Part shown: piece by piece, positions 44,178-53,565 of the stretch
How the letters are laid out: the number at the start of each line of letters is the position of its first letter
Position numbering within the stretch: the first letter of the stretch is position 1
NCBI GenBank assembly: GCA_028278085.1
Contig: JANQFB010000323.1
Location: forward strand, 1-54,651
Length of the DNA: 54,651 nt
Direction of reading: 5' to 3'
Source of the DNA: Chitinophagales bacterium
GTDB taxonomy: Bacteria; Bacteroidota; Bacteroidia; Chitinophagales; JANQFB01
Made by a program: the position numbers and the translations under genes
Notes under the pieces: generated by a model
Seen by the model: only the letters and a program-made list of their open reading frames with translations
The model's database searches: none
Told to the model about the DNA's origin: nothing

Positions 44178-47100
44178 TTATTTCATGCTTAACTGGGCGA
44201 TCTGGCGGCTTTTTTGATGCCTGAAAACTTGCAACGGACCATCATTATTGGTTACCAGGATGATCTGGCCTTTATTCAAAACCGCCATATCCCGGACATC
44301 ACCGGGGGCAAAGAAGCCGCTTTTATTGACATGGACGGATTCGAAATTTCCTTTCCCGTCACCGGTCAGCAATAAGCCGATACTGGCATCGGCACGGCCG
44401 GTCTCCACTTCGGCAACCCAAAAGTTACCGGCGATCAGCAGGTCAGGATGGTTGTCATGATTAAAATCTCCGGGTATCATATCCTGCACCATGGAAAATT
44501 GCGCCTCGACGGGTAAGGCTTTCAGCACAAAATTCTGATAGCCCTGGTTTTCGATATAAGCACTGGCAAAATACCGGGCTTCCAGGTGAAGGGCTTCATC
44601 CAGTGTGCTGCCGTAAATATCTTTTAAGGTAGCCGTGGCAAATTGATCATAAGTGGGGAATTTCTTTTTGATCATCGGCATCTGCTCGGAGGAACATTGC
44701 CTTCCCCTTACCGGGTAACAGATCCCCCGGTTATAATAGCCTAATACGATATCCAGGCTGCCGGAATTATCGAAATCATGGCAATATACATGCAAGGGCT
44801 CTTGTTCGGAGGCCGTGTATTTATAGTTTAAGCCCAGGTTCCCGGCAATATAATCGGTATCGCCATCACGGTCCATATCAGCAGCAATGATCCGCGTCCA
44901 CCAACCGGTAGAATTTTCCAGGCCATAGGTGGCCGTAATGTTTTCAAATTTGCCGTTATTGTTTTGGTAAAAGCCGATAGGCATCCACTCGCCTACAACC
45001 ATAAGGTCCGTGTCGCCATCGCCATTGAAATCGGTCCATACCGCATCGGTTACCAGGCCGGGAGCCTCCAGGTCAGGGGCAAGGTCGGCGGTACTGTTGC
45101 GGAACCGGCCGCCCATATTTTCGAGAATATAGCTTCGGGGCGCTAAGGGGTAGCGTCCGGGAACCACCCGTCCGCCTACAAAGAGATCCGTATCACCGTC
45201 TGCATCGAAATCCGCTCCGGAAACACAGGAGCCGCTGCTCAGCATTTCCGGCAGGGCATCATGGGTTTTGATAAAACGGCCCTTTCCATCGTTGACATAC
45301 AAACGGTCTTGCAACAAAGGAGAAGCTGCCGGAAATTCGCTCCCACCGCTAACCACATACAAATCTAGGTCCTTGTCCTGGTCGGCATCGAAAAAGAGCG
45401 CCTGGATATCTTCCTGTTTGCGGTCATGGGTCCAGGGCTGACCGGATGCAGGCACAAACTTACCGGAGGACTGTTGTATAAACAATTTCCCGGCCTGCCC
45501 GGCGGCGCCACCGACATAAAAATCATCGCGTTGATCTCCGTTAACATCACCAACGGCTATATGGGGGCCGAAATGAGACATCCGGTGTGGCAGCAGGACT
45601 TCCTTTTCATAATCATCGAATTCATTTTCCCGGTGGGTGAATTTTGCGCCGGAAGCAGCGGTTATGTCGGTAAAATACTTTTTCTCCGTTCCAGTGGCAG
45701 CCATATTCCGGTTTTGGGCCTGCTGTTGATCGATAACGACCAATTGATCGGAAGGAACATCGGTCATCGTGGTGGTTTTGCCATCCGGCCACTCGACCAA
45801 TATCTCGTCGACCGAGGGTTGATCGCCCAATCCGAAGTGCAGGACGTGGTCTACTGACGATTGGAATCCCCGGGTAAGGGTTAATTCCTGGTATTGCAAC
45901 TGATCCCGGTACTTGAGGGTTACCTTTGCCCCAAGGGCGTATGGATTTTTACCCTGGCCTTTTAACTGAACCCTTACATAGCGTTTGGGGTCGATCTCAT
46001 TGGTATTGTTTTGGTGAATATAAACCTCGTCGTTGATGTTACTGACCACCAGGTCGAGGTCGCCGTCATTATCCAGGTCGCCATAGGCAGCGCCGGTGGA
46101 AATGCCCGGGTGGTTGAGGCCTGAGGAAGCGGACAGGTCTGCAAAGGTAAGATCGCCTTTATTCCGGTAATACTTATTGGACAGCAAGGTAGTCGGGATC
46201 ATGCTCAGGATCTGGAAGATCTCGTCCTTTTTATACCTTCCTCCGCTGCTGGCCAGTTGATCATCGATCTTTTTCACAAAATCCTTGTCTTTGATATCCC
46301 GTTTATAACCGTTGGTGACAAAAAGATCTTTTAACCCGTCATTATCAAAATCGGCAAACAGGGTGGCCCAGCTCCAGTCGGTATACGATACCCCGGCCAG
46401 CAAGGCAATCTCGCTGAAAGTGCCGTTGCCATTGTTCAGTTGAAGGGCATTCCGCATATACTGGTAATGATAGCCATGATCCACCATATTCCAGAATCCT
46501 TGGGGATCCATACTGGCCATTTGTGTTTTTTGACGGTAATTGTCTTCTGCCATCATATCCGCCACGATGATATCCAACAGGCCGTCATTGTTATAGTCGG
46601 CCATATCGATACCCATGCTGAAATAGGAAATATGTTTAAAATAATCGTGAATGCCATCGGTGAACGTGCCGTTTTTGTTGTTGATGAACAGGATATCCGG
46701 TTCCTGGTGGTCGTTGGCCAGGTAAAGGTCGGGCCAACCGTCGTCATTCAGGTCTCCGGCGATCACGCCTAACAGAAAACCATAATTCAATATACCGGAT
46801 GATCGGGTTACATCCGAAAAGCTGCCGTTTCCATTGTTGCGGTAGAGGCGGTCACTGTTTTCCAGCTTTGGATTGGAGACCTGCTGGAAGCTGTAAGTCG
46901 AATTCAGGTTATATACCCTGGGGTGATTGCCGACAAACAGGTCGAGGTCGCCGTCGAGGTCGTAATCGAAAAAGGTGGCCTGGGTGGAAAGATTATCATT
47001 GTCGACCTTATAGGCTTTGGCGCTTTCGGTAAATGTCCCGTCACCATTGTTGATGTACAAAAGATTGGCTCTCAGCAGCGGGTTTCTATCGTTAAAGGCT

Positions 47101-47549
47101 TTACAAACATATATATCGAGCAGGCCATCCCCGTTGACATCACCCATCGTTACCCCGGAGCTCCATCCGTCGCCTCCTGCAACCCCGGCCGTGGCGGTGA
47201 TATCTTCGAATGTCATATTCCCTTTGTTGAGAAACAGCTTATCCGGAACCGTATTACCGGTTAAAAAGATATCCGTCAGGCCATCGTTGTTTATGTCGCC
47301 GATGGCTACCCCGCCACCGCTATAGCTATTGATGTAATTGTAGGTGTTTACCTCAACGGTTTCATGCAAAGTATTAATGAAATCGATGCCGGTGGTTTCA
47401 TGGGAAAGCAAGGAAAACAAAGGCTTGGAGGGTTTTTGAGCGGTAGCAGATTCTTTTGTCTTTTTTTTCTCCGCTTGGGGGGAATGGCAGGCAAAAAAAA
47501 GGATCCATCCAAAACCGAGGAGAAACAAAAGGGGTTTGATGTTTTCCAT
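44178..47549 (-). CDS. CRTAC1-family FG-GAP/VCBS repeat protein with an ASPIC/UnbV domain
   Basis: 1123 aa with a lipoprotein-like signal (LLFLLGFGWILFFAC). Many FG-GAP/VCBS units are present (GDINNDGLTDIF, GDVNGDGLLDIY, DYDLDGDLDLF ...). An UnbV_ASPIC-like block reads YVRVQLKG...NPYALGAKV......Q......G..SS....LHFGLG......I.V.WPDG. Confidence 0.85.
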   Translation of the reverse strand: MENIKPLLFLLGFGWILFFACHSPQAEKKKTKESATAQKPSKPLFSLLSHETTGIDFINTLHETVEVNTYNYINSYSGGGVAIGDINNDGLTDIFLTGNTVPDKLFLNKGNMTFEDITATAGVAGGDGWSSGVTMGDVNGDGLLDIYVCKAFNDRNPLLRANLLYINNGDGTFTESAKAYKVDNDNLSTQATFFDYDLDGDLDLFVGNHPRVYNLNSTYSFQQVSNPKLENSDRLYRNNGNGSFSDVTRSSGILNYGFLLGVIAGDLNDDGWPDLYLANDHQEPDILFINNKNGTFTDGIHDYFKHISYFSMGIDMADYNNDGLLDIIVADMMAEDNYRQKTQMASMDPQGFWNMVDHGYHYQYMRNALQLNNGNGTFSEIALLAGVSYTDWSWATLFADFDNDGLKDLFVTNGYKRDIKDKDFVKKIDDQLASSGGRYKKDEIFQILSMIPTTLLSNKYYRNKGDLTFADLSASSGLNHPGISTGAAYGDLDNDGDLDLVVSNINDEVYIHQNNTNEIDPKRYVRVQLKGQGKNPYALGAKVTLKYRDQLQYQELTLTRGFQSSVDHVLHFGLGDQPSVDEILVEWPDGKTTTMTDVPSDQLVVIDQQQAQNRNMAATGTEKKYFTDITAASGAKFTHRENEFDDYEKEVLLPHRMSHFGPHIAVGDVNGDQRDDFYVGGAAGQAGKLFIQQSSGKFVPASGQPWTHDRKQEDIQALFFDADQDKDLDLYVVSGGSEFPAASPLLQDRLYVNDGKGRFIKTHDALPEMLSSGSCVSGADFDADGDTDLFVGGRVVPGRYPLAPRSYILENMGGRFRNSTADLAPDLEAPGLVTDAVWTDFNGDGDTDLMVVGEWMPIGFYQNNNGKFENITATYGLENSTGWWTRIIAADMDRDGDTDYIAGNLGLNYKYTASEQEPLHVYCHDFDNSGSLDIVLGYYNRGICYPVRGRQCSSEQMPMIKKKFPTYDQFATATLKDIYGSTLDEALHLEARYFASAYIENQGYQNFVLKALPVEAQFSMVQDMIPGDFNHDNHPDLLIAGNFWVAEVETGRADASIGLLLTGDGKGNFESVHVNKSGFFAPGDVRDMAVLNKGQIILVTNNDGPLQVFRHQKSRQIAQLSMK

Positions 47550-47857
47550 GATATAGTTTTTGATCGACAGAAAGAAATGGCAAGGACTAAAGCCTTGCCA
47601 TTGAAAGCGATGTGCTTTTAAACAGATCAGTAGTGCTCAAGACTAGGTATTCAAGAATACCTGTTTTCTTAATCAATCAAGATTAATTGTCCCAAAAATA
47701 TTGATAATTGCCGGTTAGCTCAAAGAAAAGCCAGGCCTAATTTGACAGCCTTTTTCGAAACATAAATATGTTTGTGCGTGATTACAAAATATTTATGCTC
47801 AACCAATGATAGGTAAAGTGACAAAAATGAGGTGAGTTTTGGCCTCAACTGATGGTG

Positions 47858-49117
47858 TCAGGCCTTTTTAAGGGTAATTACCGTTATCTCGGGAGGCATA
47901 CCGATCCGCCCGGGAAAACCAAGGTAGCCGAAGCCACGGTTGACATACAGGTGCTGGTTATCGCGGTTGTACATGCCGGCCCATTGCTTATAAACATATT
48001 GAGCCGGGCTCCATTTGAAGTCGCCGATCTCCAGTCCGAACTGAAAGCCATGGGTATGGCCGGAAAGCATCAGATCGATGGTTGCCGGATGATCCAGGAC
48101 TTGTGCTTCCCAATGGCTGGGGTCGTGCGATAATAACAGTTTCACGGGGGTATCCTTAGTATTTTCCAGCGCCTTATCCAATTGGCCGTATTTCTGCGAC
48201 CAGTCGGTCCGGCCCCAGTTTTCCACGCCAACTACGGCGATCTCTTCTCCATCCACCCTGATCTTCCGGTTTTCATTCAGCAAAAGGTCCCAGCCGAGGT
48301 TTCGATGCACCAGTTGAAAGTTTTCTTTGTTCCGTTTCCTGGCCTCCTCATTAACCCATGTTTTGTATTCCCCATAATCATGATTGCCCATGACCGAATA
48401 AACGCCCAAAGGCGCTTTGACCTTGTCGAAAACATTTATATAGTCCTGCATTTCCTTGGCGGCGTAGTTAACCAGGTCACCGGTAAAAAAGACCATATCC
48501 GGCTTTTCTGCCATGATCTTCTCCACACCGCCCATCACGGCTGTTTTATTGACGAAGCTACCTGCATGGATATCGGAGATCTGGGCAATTTTGACGCCGT
48601 CGAAAGCTGCCGGAAGATTAGGCAGGAATAACTCTTCTCTTCTGACACTATAATTATGCGCGCCTTTGACGATTCCATAACTCATCGCTGTCAAAGGAAC
48701 GGCCGCTACCACCAAGCCGGTTTGTACCAGGAATTCCGACCGGCTAATGGCCGATGCTGTTTCACTGGGGGCCGAAGCAACAAGGTTGCCGACCTTCCCT
48801 ACAAGCCACTGCCCTCCTCGTATCAGGTCACTGATCAAGAGGAATATTACGGCGAAAACTTTCGAAAAATAGTTGATGAAAATACCCGTCATCAGGTAGG
48901 TGCGGAAATATTTATTAAACTCGGTGATCCCTGCTAAATGGTAGTAAAGGAAGGCGGTGAGACTCAGACCCAGGATCAGCCAGTAGGCAGTGAATATTGT
49001 ATTCCGTAGCCAGGGAAGATAATCCTTGGAGATCACTTTTATGGCCTGGAACACATACCAATCCACTGCAACAAAAAACAAAGCCCCGATAATGATCATG
49101 ATTACTTTTGGCGTCAT
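47858..49117 (-). CDS. Membrane-anchored metallophosphoesterase
   Basis: 419 aa. N-terminal TM segments are followed by calcineurin-like motifs (ISDIHAG, FTGDLVNY, GNHDYGEY, LSHDP, LSGHTHGFQ). Confidence 0.85.
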   Translation of the reverse strand: MTPKVIMIIIGALFFVAVDWYVFQAIKVISKDYLPWLRNTIFTAYWLILGLSLTAFLYYHLAGITEFNKYFRTYLMTGIFINYFSKVFAVIFLLISDLIRGGQWLVGKVGNLVASAPSETASAISRSEFLVQTGLVVAAVPLTAMSYGIVKGAHNYSVRREELFLPNLPAAFDGVKIAQISDIHAGSFVNKTAVMGGVEKIMAEKPDMVFFTGDLVNYAAKEMQDYINVFDKVKAPLGVYSVMGNHDYGEYKTWVNEEARKRNKENFQLVHRNLGWDLLLNENRKIRVDGEEIAVVGVENWGRTDWSQKYGQLDKALENTKDTPVKLLLSHDPSHWEAQVLDHPATIDLMLSGHTHGFQFGLEIGDFKWSPAQYVYKQWAGMYNRDNQHLYVNRGFGYLGFPGRIGMPPEITVITLKKA

Positions 49118-49245
49118 TGCTCTCTATTCGTTGTTCTTTATAACTCTATAGACGATAAGAAGGTTCAAATATTTTACGATCGTCCCGAAAGTTTTCCGCC
49201 TGCCCTCGGTAATAGCCGGGCTCAAATATCAAAAAGTGCAGATTC

Positions 49246-49297
49246 GCGTCAATTTTGACCAAAGATCGCGTCAAATTTGACGCAGTTTTGACAAATG
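49246..49297. promoter_or_regulatory. Phased GTCAA-TTTGAC repeat cluster, candidate operator upstream of the metallophosphoesterase gene
   Basis: GCGTCAATTTTGAC (49246-49259) is followed by the perfect 16-bp palindrome GCGTCAAATTTGACGC (49268-49283) and then TTTGACAAATG (49287-49297). The first two units are offset by 22 bp. Confidence 0.35.
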
Positions 49298-49325
49298 GCC
49301 GCCGGAAAAATTATTGACGGGATCC

Positions 49326-50105
49326 TTATTTTTTATACTTTTCCAGGAGCTCCCTGGCTTCTTTAATATCCTTTTGATCTTCCAACAGGTTCGTTGGGTC
49401 GACAGGCAGGCGGATCAGTTTTTCCAGGGTTTTGATCGCTTTTTCTTTGTCGCCGTTATCTTCCAGTACCTTGGCATAGTATAAAAGACCGTTGATGTGA
49501 TCCGGATTATATTCGAACGATCTTTCCAGGTGTTTGATCGCTTCATCATCGTCGGGCCAGGTTAGAAAGAAGGGGATATAGGGCGCTTCGAAATGAAGGA
49601 TGCCCAGCAAACGGTTGCCGCCGCCATCCCTGTAATCCGGATCTACCCGGATCAGCTTCTCGGCAGCCTCTTTCAATTGGTCGGCCACCCCTTCTTTAGC
49701 CGCTGCGATCTTGCCATAGGTTTCCCCCCATTTTCCAAGATCTACAAAATGCCAGTATAATATTTCCGGTGATTCCGGGTATTTGGCCAGCATCCGTTCG
49801 CCCAACTCCTTTCCATCCTTGTAAATGGCCTTGGCTTCATCTTTCGACACTTCGGTGAAGGTACCTTTATAATAATAACATTGCAGCAGGTAGTAAGCAG
49901 CCATTTCCTCTGCGCCCGGTTCCAGCATAGCCTTTTTAAAATGGTCGATCGACCGGTCGATGGGTGCAGGCAGGGCTTTGCCATTCGAAGCCCCATCCGC
50001 CCGCTTGTTATACCAAACAATTCCTTCCTCCAGGTTGCTGCCTTGCCCGCGCCCGATCAGCATGGCGCCGCAGCAAATTAATACCAGGAAGCTTTTCTTA
50101 AGCAT
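49326..50105 (-). CDS. Secreted all-helical TPR-like protein (possibly TatT-like), translationally coupled to the RND pump gene
   Basis: 259 aa with the signal peptide MLKKSFLVLICCGAMLIGRG and helical repeat content. Its ATG overlaps the RND stop by 8 nt (ATGCTTAA). The TatT-like call is a weak recollection. Confidence 0.4.
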   Translation of the reverse strand: MLKKSFLVLICCGAMLIGRGQGSNLEEGIVWYNKRADGASNGKALPAPIDRSIDHFKKAMLEPGAEEMAAYYLLQCYYYKGTFTEVSKDEAKAIYKDGKELGERMLAKYPESPEILYWHFVDLGKWGETYGKIAAAKEGVADQLKEAAEKLIRVDPDYRDGGGNRLLGILHFEAPYIPFFLTWPDDDEAIKHLERSFEYNPDHINGLLYYAKVLEDNGDKEKAIKTLEKLIRLPVDPTNLLEDQKDIKEARELLEKYKK

Positions 50106-53100
50106 GACTGAATACTTTGACCTTTTTGCCCAGTAACCTCGATAATCTGATCTTTAATTTATCGGCCAGCAAATACATCACCGGCACGATCACCAATGTT
50201 AAGAATGTAGCAAAGGTCAGGCCAAAAATAACGGTCCAGGATAATGGCCCCCAAAAGATCACGTTATCACTGCCAAAGGAAATCTGGGGATCAAAGTCAG
50301 AAAGCAGGGTGAAATAGTTAATATTCATCCCTGTAGCCAGCGGGAGCAAGCCAAGCAAAGTGGTAATGGCTGTTAACAATACCGGACGAAGCCTTGTTTT
50401 ACCCCCCTGAACGATGGATTGGATCAGCTCATTACCCGGTAAAACCTCATCATCGGCCAGCCCCAGTTCTTTACGCCTTCGTTGACGGACCAGGCCGGTA
50501 TAATCGACCAGTACAATGGCATTGTTGACCACGATACCCGCCAGGGAAATGATCCCCATCATCGTCATAATGATCACAAAGTCCATATCGAATATGATCA
50601 GCCCCATCAATACCCCGATAAAGCTGAACATCACAGATCCCATGATGATGAAGGGCGTACTGAAGGAGTTGAACTGACTAACGATGATCAGGAAGATCAG
50701 GAATACCGCGATCACCAGGGCTTTTGACAGGAATGCCATTTCCTTGGCCTGCTCTTCCTGCTGCCCGGTAAATTTGAAATAATAGCCGCGCGGTAATTCA
50801 TAATCCGTCAGTTGGGCTTTTATTTCTTCTACTACCTCATTTTCGTTGAATCCCGAAGTAACATTCGACGACAGGGTAATGGCCCGGTCCAGGTTTTTCC
50901 GTTTGACCGCACTATAGCTGGAGCTTAAATTAGTGCTGGCCAGGGAAGATATGGGTACCTGTACGATCTTACCATTGGTCTGATCCCTGAAAGTGACTTT
51001 TTGGTTGATCAAAGCATCGGCATCATAGCGGTATTTATCCTGCAACCGGAGCTGTATCGGATATTCATCTTCCCCTACCTTGTATTTGGATACTTCTTTG
51101 CCGAACAAGGCCGTTCTCAGCTCCATGGCGATCCTTTGAGAGGAAACCCCGAACCTCCTGGCTTTTTTCCGATCGATATCCACGATCATTTCCGGGCTAC
51201 CCAGTTGCACATCGGTTTTCAAAGCTTCGATCCCATTGATATTCTTCGAATTGATAAACTTCTTCATCTTCTCCGCTTCGGTCAACAGGACCTCGAAGTC
51301 CTCTCCGACAATTTCGATATTGATCGGCTTGGGCATCGGCGGTCCGGCCGGATCTTTGTCGACCGTGATGTCGACACCCGGGTAACCACCCATTTCCGCA
51401 CGGATCTCTTCCATGATATTGGTGGTATTGATGCCGCCTCTTTCCTGGTAATCGACAAAAGCCACCGTAATCCTTGCCTTATGCGGGGTATTACCGGTGC
51501 TGGGACCTTCCATCGGGTCGCTGGTACCTTCTCCTACCTGGGCGATCACGGCTTCCACTACATCCCAGTAATTCTTTTCTTCGATCAGGTTGATCACCTT
51601 TTCTTCGATAATATCGGTAAACCGGTTGGTTTCTTCGATATCCGTACCGATCGGCTTTTCAATGAAGACGTTCACATAATGGGGCTCATTGATCGGGAAA
51701 AAGATCACTTTGGGAGATTTTACCCCCATCAGGATAAAGGAAAAGAACAGCATTCCGATCGTTCCGAAAAAGAAAAACACCGGGTTATACCTTCTCAAAG
51801 CAAAGGAAAGGAATTTGTAATAGGTGTTTTCCAGGATGGGTAAGAGTTTATCTTGAAACCACTTGGAGCCGGGCGTTAAAAAGAACACATTGGCAAAAAT
51901 GATGATCGCCGGTAAAACAAAAAACAAATTACTAAAGGCATACCATTTGGGTAAATACAGCAACAACCCAAAACCCAACAAGCCCAGGGAGATAAACAGG
52001 TACTTTCTTTTGTTGACCGGCCCTTGCTGGCCCACGCGCATATACCTGGATGTTAGCACAGGGTTGATCACCAGCGCCACGAACAAAGAGGACGCCAATA
52101 CGATCATGAGGCTCAAGGGAAGGTAGAACATGAATTCACCCATGATCCCCGGCCAAATGGCCAACGGAAGGAATGCCGCCAGCGTCGTTGCCGTTGAAGC
52201 GATGATCGGCAAGGCCACTTCTCCGACACCTTCTTTGGCAGCTCTTACCGGGTGATAGCCTTCATCCATGAGCCGGTAGATATTCTCTACCACCACAATC
52301 CCATTATCGACCAGCATACCCAGGGCCAGGATCGTGGAAAACAGCACCATCATATTCATGGTTACGCCCATCGAGTCAAGGATAAAGAAGGCAGTGAACA
52401 TCGATAAGGGAATGGCGATCCCGACAAATAAAGCGTTTCTCAGGCCCAGGAAAAACAAGAGTACCAATACCACCAATATTACCCCGGAGATGATACTGTT
52501 CTCTAGGTTGTTGACCATGCTGATGGTTTGCTTCGATTGATCATTGGTGATCGATATCTCCAGGTCGGGTGGGAATACCTTTTCTTTGGCTTCGGTAATG
52601 ATCGCCTGGATCTGTTTGGCCGCGGCGATCAGGTTTTCTCCGCTCCGCTTAACGACGTCTACCATTACCACGGCTTCTTTGTTGTTCCGGGCATAGCTCG
52701 ACCGCTCTGCATAATCGAAGTTTATGTCTGCAATGTCGCCGAGATAGACGATGTTTTGCTTTTCATGTTTAACGATCACTTCGTTGATATCGGCAGGATC
52801 CGAGAATTCGCCGATCACACGGATGGTCCGCCGGAGGTCGTCAACTTTTATATTCCCGCCTGAGATCGTGACATTTTCCGCCCGGATCGCATTTTCAATG
52901 TCCTGGAAGCTGATCTCCAGGGCAGCCATTTTATGGATATCCACATTGATCTTGACCTCTCTTTCCTGTAACCCGCGGATCTCGGCTTTGGAGATCTCTA
53001 TTAATTTTTCGATCTCATCTTCCAGGTATTCGGCATACTCTTTTAACTCCTCGTTGTTGAAATCCCCGGAAAGGTTAATATTCATGACCGGGAATTCGGA

Positions 53101-53562
53101 CATGTTCACATCAAAGACATTGGGATCCTGGTCGAGATCGGAAGGAAGGTCTTTCTTTACTTTATCGACCGCATCTTTAACATCCTGAAGAGCTTCCTCC
53201 ACCTCTATGTCCGATTCGAACTTAACGATGATGGTAGAATAATCCTGGATGGAGGTGCTGGTGATCTTATCTACCCCGCTGATCGTGTTCACTTCATTTT
53301 CAATAGGACGGGTGATCAGGTTCTCCATATCCAGCGGCGAGTTGCCCGGATAGGTCGTACCGATATAGATCTCCGGCATGATCGCTTCCGGAAAGCTTTC
53401 CTTGGGCATGGAGATATACGACCAAATGCCTAAAAAAGAGATCAGGAAGATCAGGATGAATACGGTAGTACTGTTCGCAAGCGACAGATTCGTTAACCCG
53501 AATTCCTTGATTACTTTCTTTTCGGGTGGTTGAGTTTTGGTATCCCGCGATTGATCAGTCAT
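50098..53562 (-). CDS. RND family efflux transporter permease (AcrB/AcrD/AcrF-type)
   Basis: 1154 aa with 12-TM architecture and two large periplasmic loops. Typical segments include FPEAIMPEIYIGTTYPG, GMLVDNGIVVVENIYR and GIVVNNAIVLVDY. Confidence 0.9.
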   Translation of the reverse strand: MTDQSRDTKTQPPEKKVIKEFGLTNLSLANSTTVFILIFLISFLGIWSYISMPKESFPEAIMPEIYIGTTYPGNSPLDMENLITRPIENEVNTISGVDKITSTSIQDYSTIIVKFESDIEVEEALQDVKDAVDKVKKDLPSDLDQDPNVFDVNMSEFPVMNINLSGDFNNEELKEYAEYLEDEIEKLIEISKAEIRGLQEREVKINVDIHKMAALEISFQDIENAIRAENVTISGGNIKVDDLRRTIRVIGEFSDPADINEVIVKHEKQNIVYLGDIADINFDYAERSSYARNNKEAVVMVDVVKRSGENLIAAAKQIQAIITEAKEKVFPPDLEISITNDQSKQTISMVNNLENSIISGVILVVLVLLFFLGLRNALFVGIAIPLSMFTAFFILDSMGVTMNMMVLFSTILALGMLVDNGIVVVENIYRLMDEGYHPVRAAKEGVGEVALPIIASTATTLAAFLPLAIWPGIMGEFMFYLPLSLMIVLASSLFVALVINPVLTSRYMRVGQQGPVNKRKYLFISLGLLGFGLLLYLPKWYAFSNLFFVLPAIIIFANVFFLTPGSKWFQDKLLPILENTYYKFLSFALRRYNPVFFFFGTIGMLFFSFILMGVKSPKVIFFPINEPHYVNVFIEKPIGTDIEETNRFTDIIEEKVINLIEEKNYWDVVEAVIAQVGEGTSDPMEGPSTGNTPHKARITVAFVDYQERGGINTTNIMEEIRAEMGGYPGVDITVDKDPAGPPMPKPINIEIVGEDFEVLLTEAEKMKKFINSKNINGIEALKTDVQLGSPEMIVDIDRKKARRFGVSSQRIAMELRTALFGKEVSKYKVGEDEYPIQLRLQDKYRYDADALINQKVTFRDQTNGKIVQVPISSLASTNLSSSYSAVKRKNLDRAITLSSNVTSGFNENEVVEEIKAQLTDYELPRGYYFKFTGQQEEQAKEMAFLSKALVIAVFLIFLIIVSQFNSFSTPFIIMGSVMFSFIGVLMGLIIFDMDFVIIMTMMGIISLAGIVVNNAIVLVDYTGLVRQRRRKELGLADDEVLPGNELIQSIVQGGKTRLRPVLLTAITTLLGLLPLATGMNINYFTLLSDFDPQISFGSDNVIFWGPLSWTVIFGLTFATFLTLVIVPVMYLLADKLKIRLSRLLGKKVKVFSHA

Positions 53563-53565
53563 GGC

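Noticed and set aside
47645-47662. Palindrome AGGTATTCAAGAATACCT followed by GTTTTCTT, considered as a plus-strand terminator.
   Set aside because: No plus-strand gene lies upstream. The loop would be very tight, and on the minus strand no U-tract follows. This is insufficient to call.
51001-51843. 280-aa plus-strand ORF (and several 60-145-aa ones) inside the RND permease gene.
   Set aside because: They are antisense to a 1154-aa frame with full AcrB-type architecture. The long open antisense frames here reflect codon bias, and the translation is Asp/Phe/Arg/Gly/His-rich nonsense.
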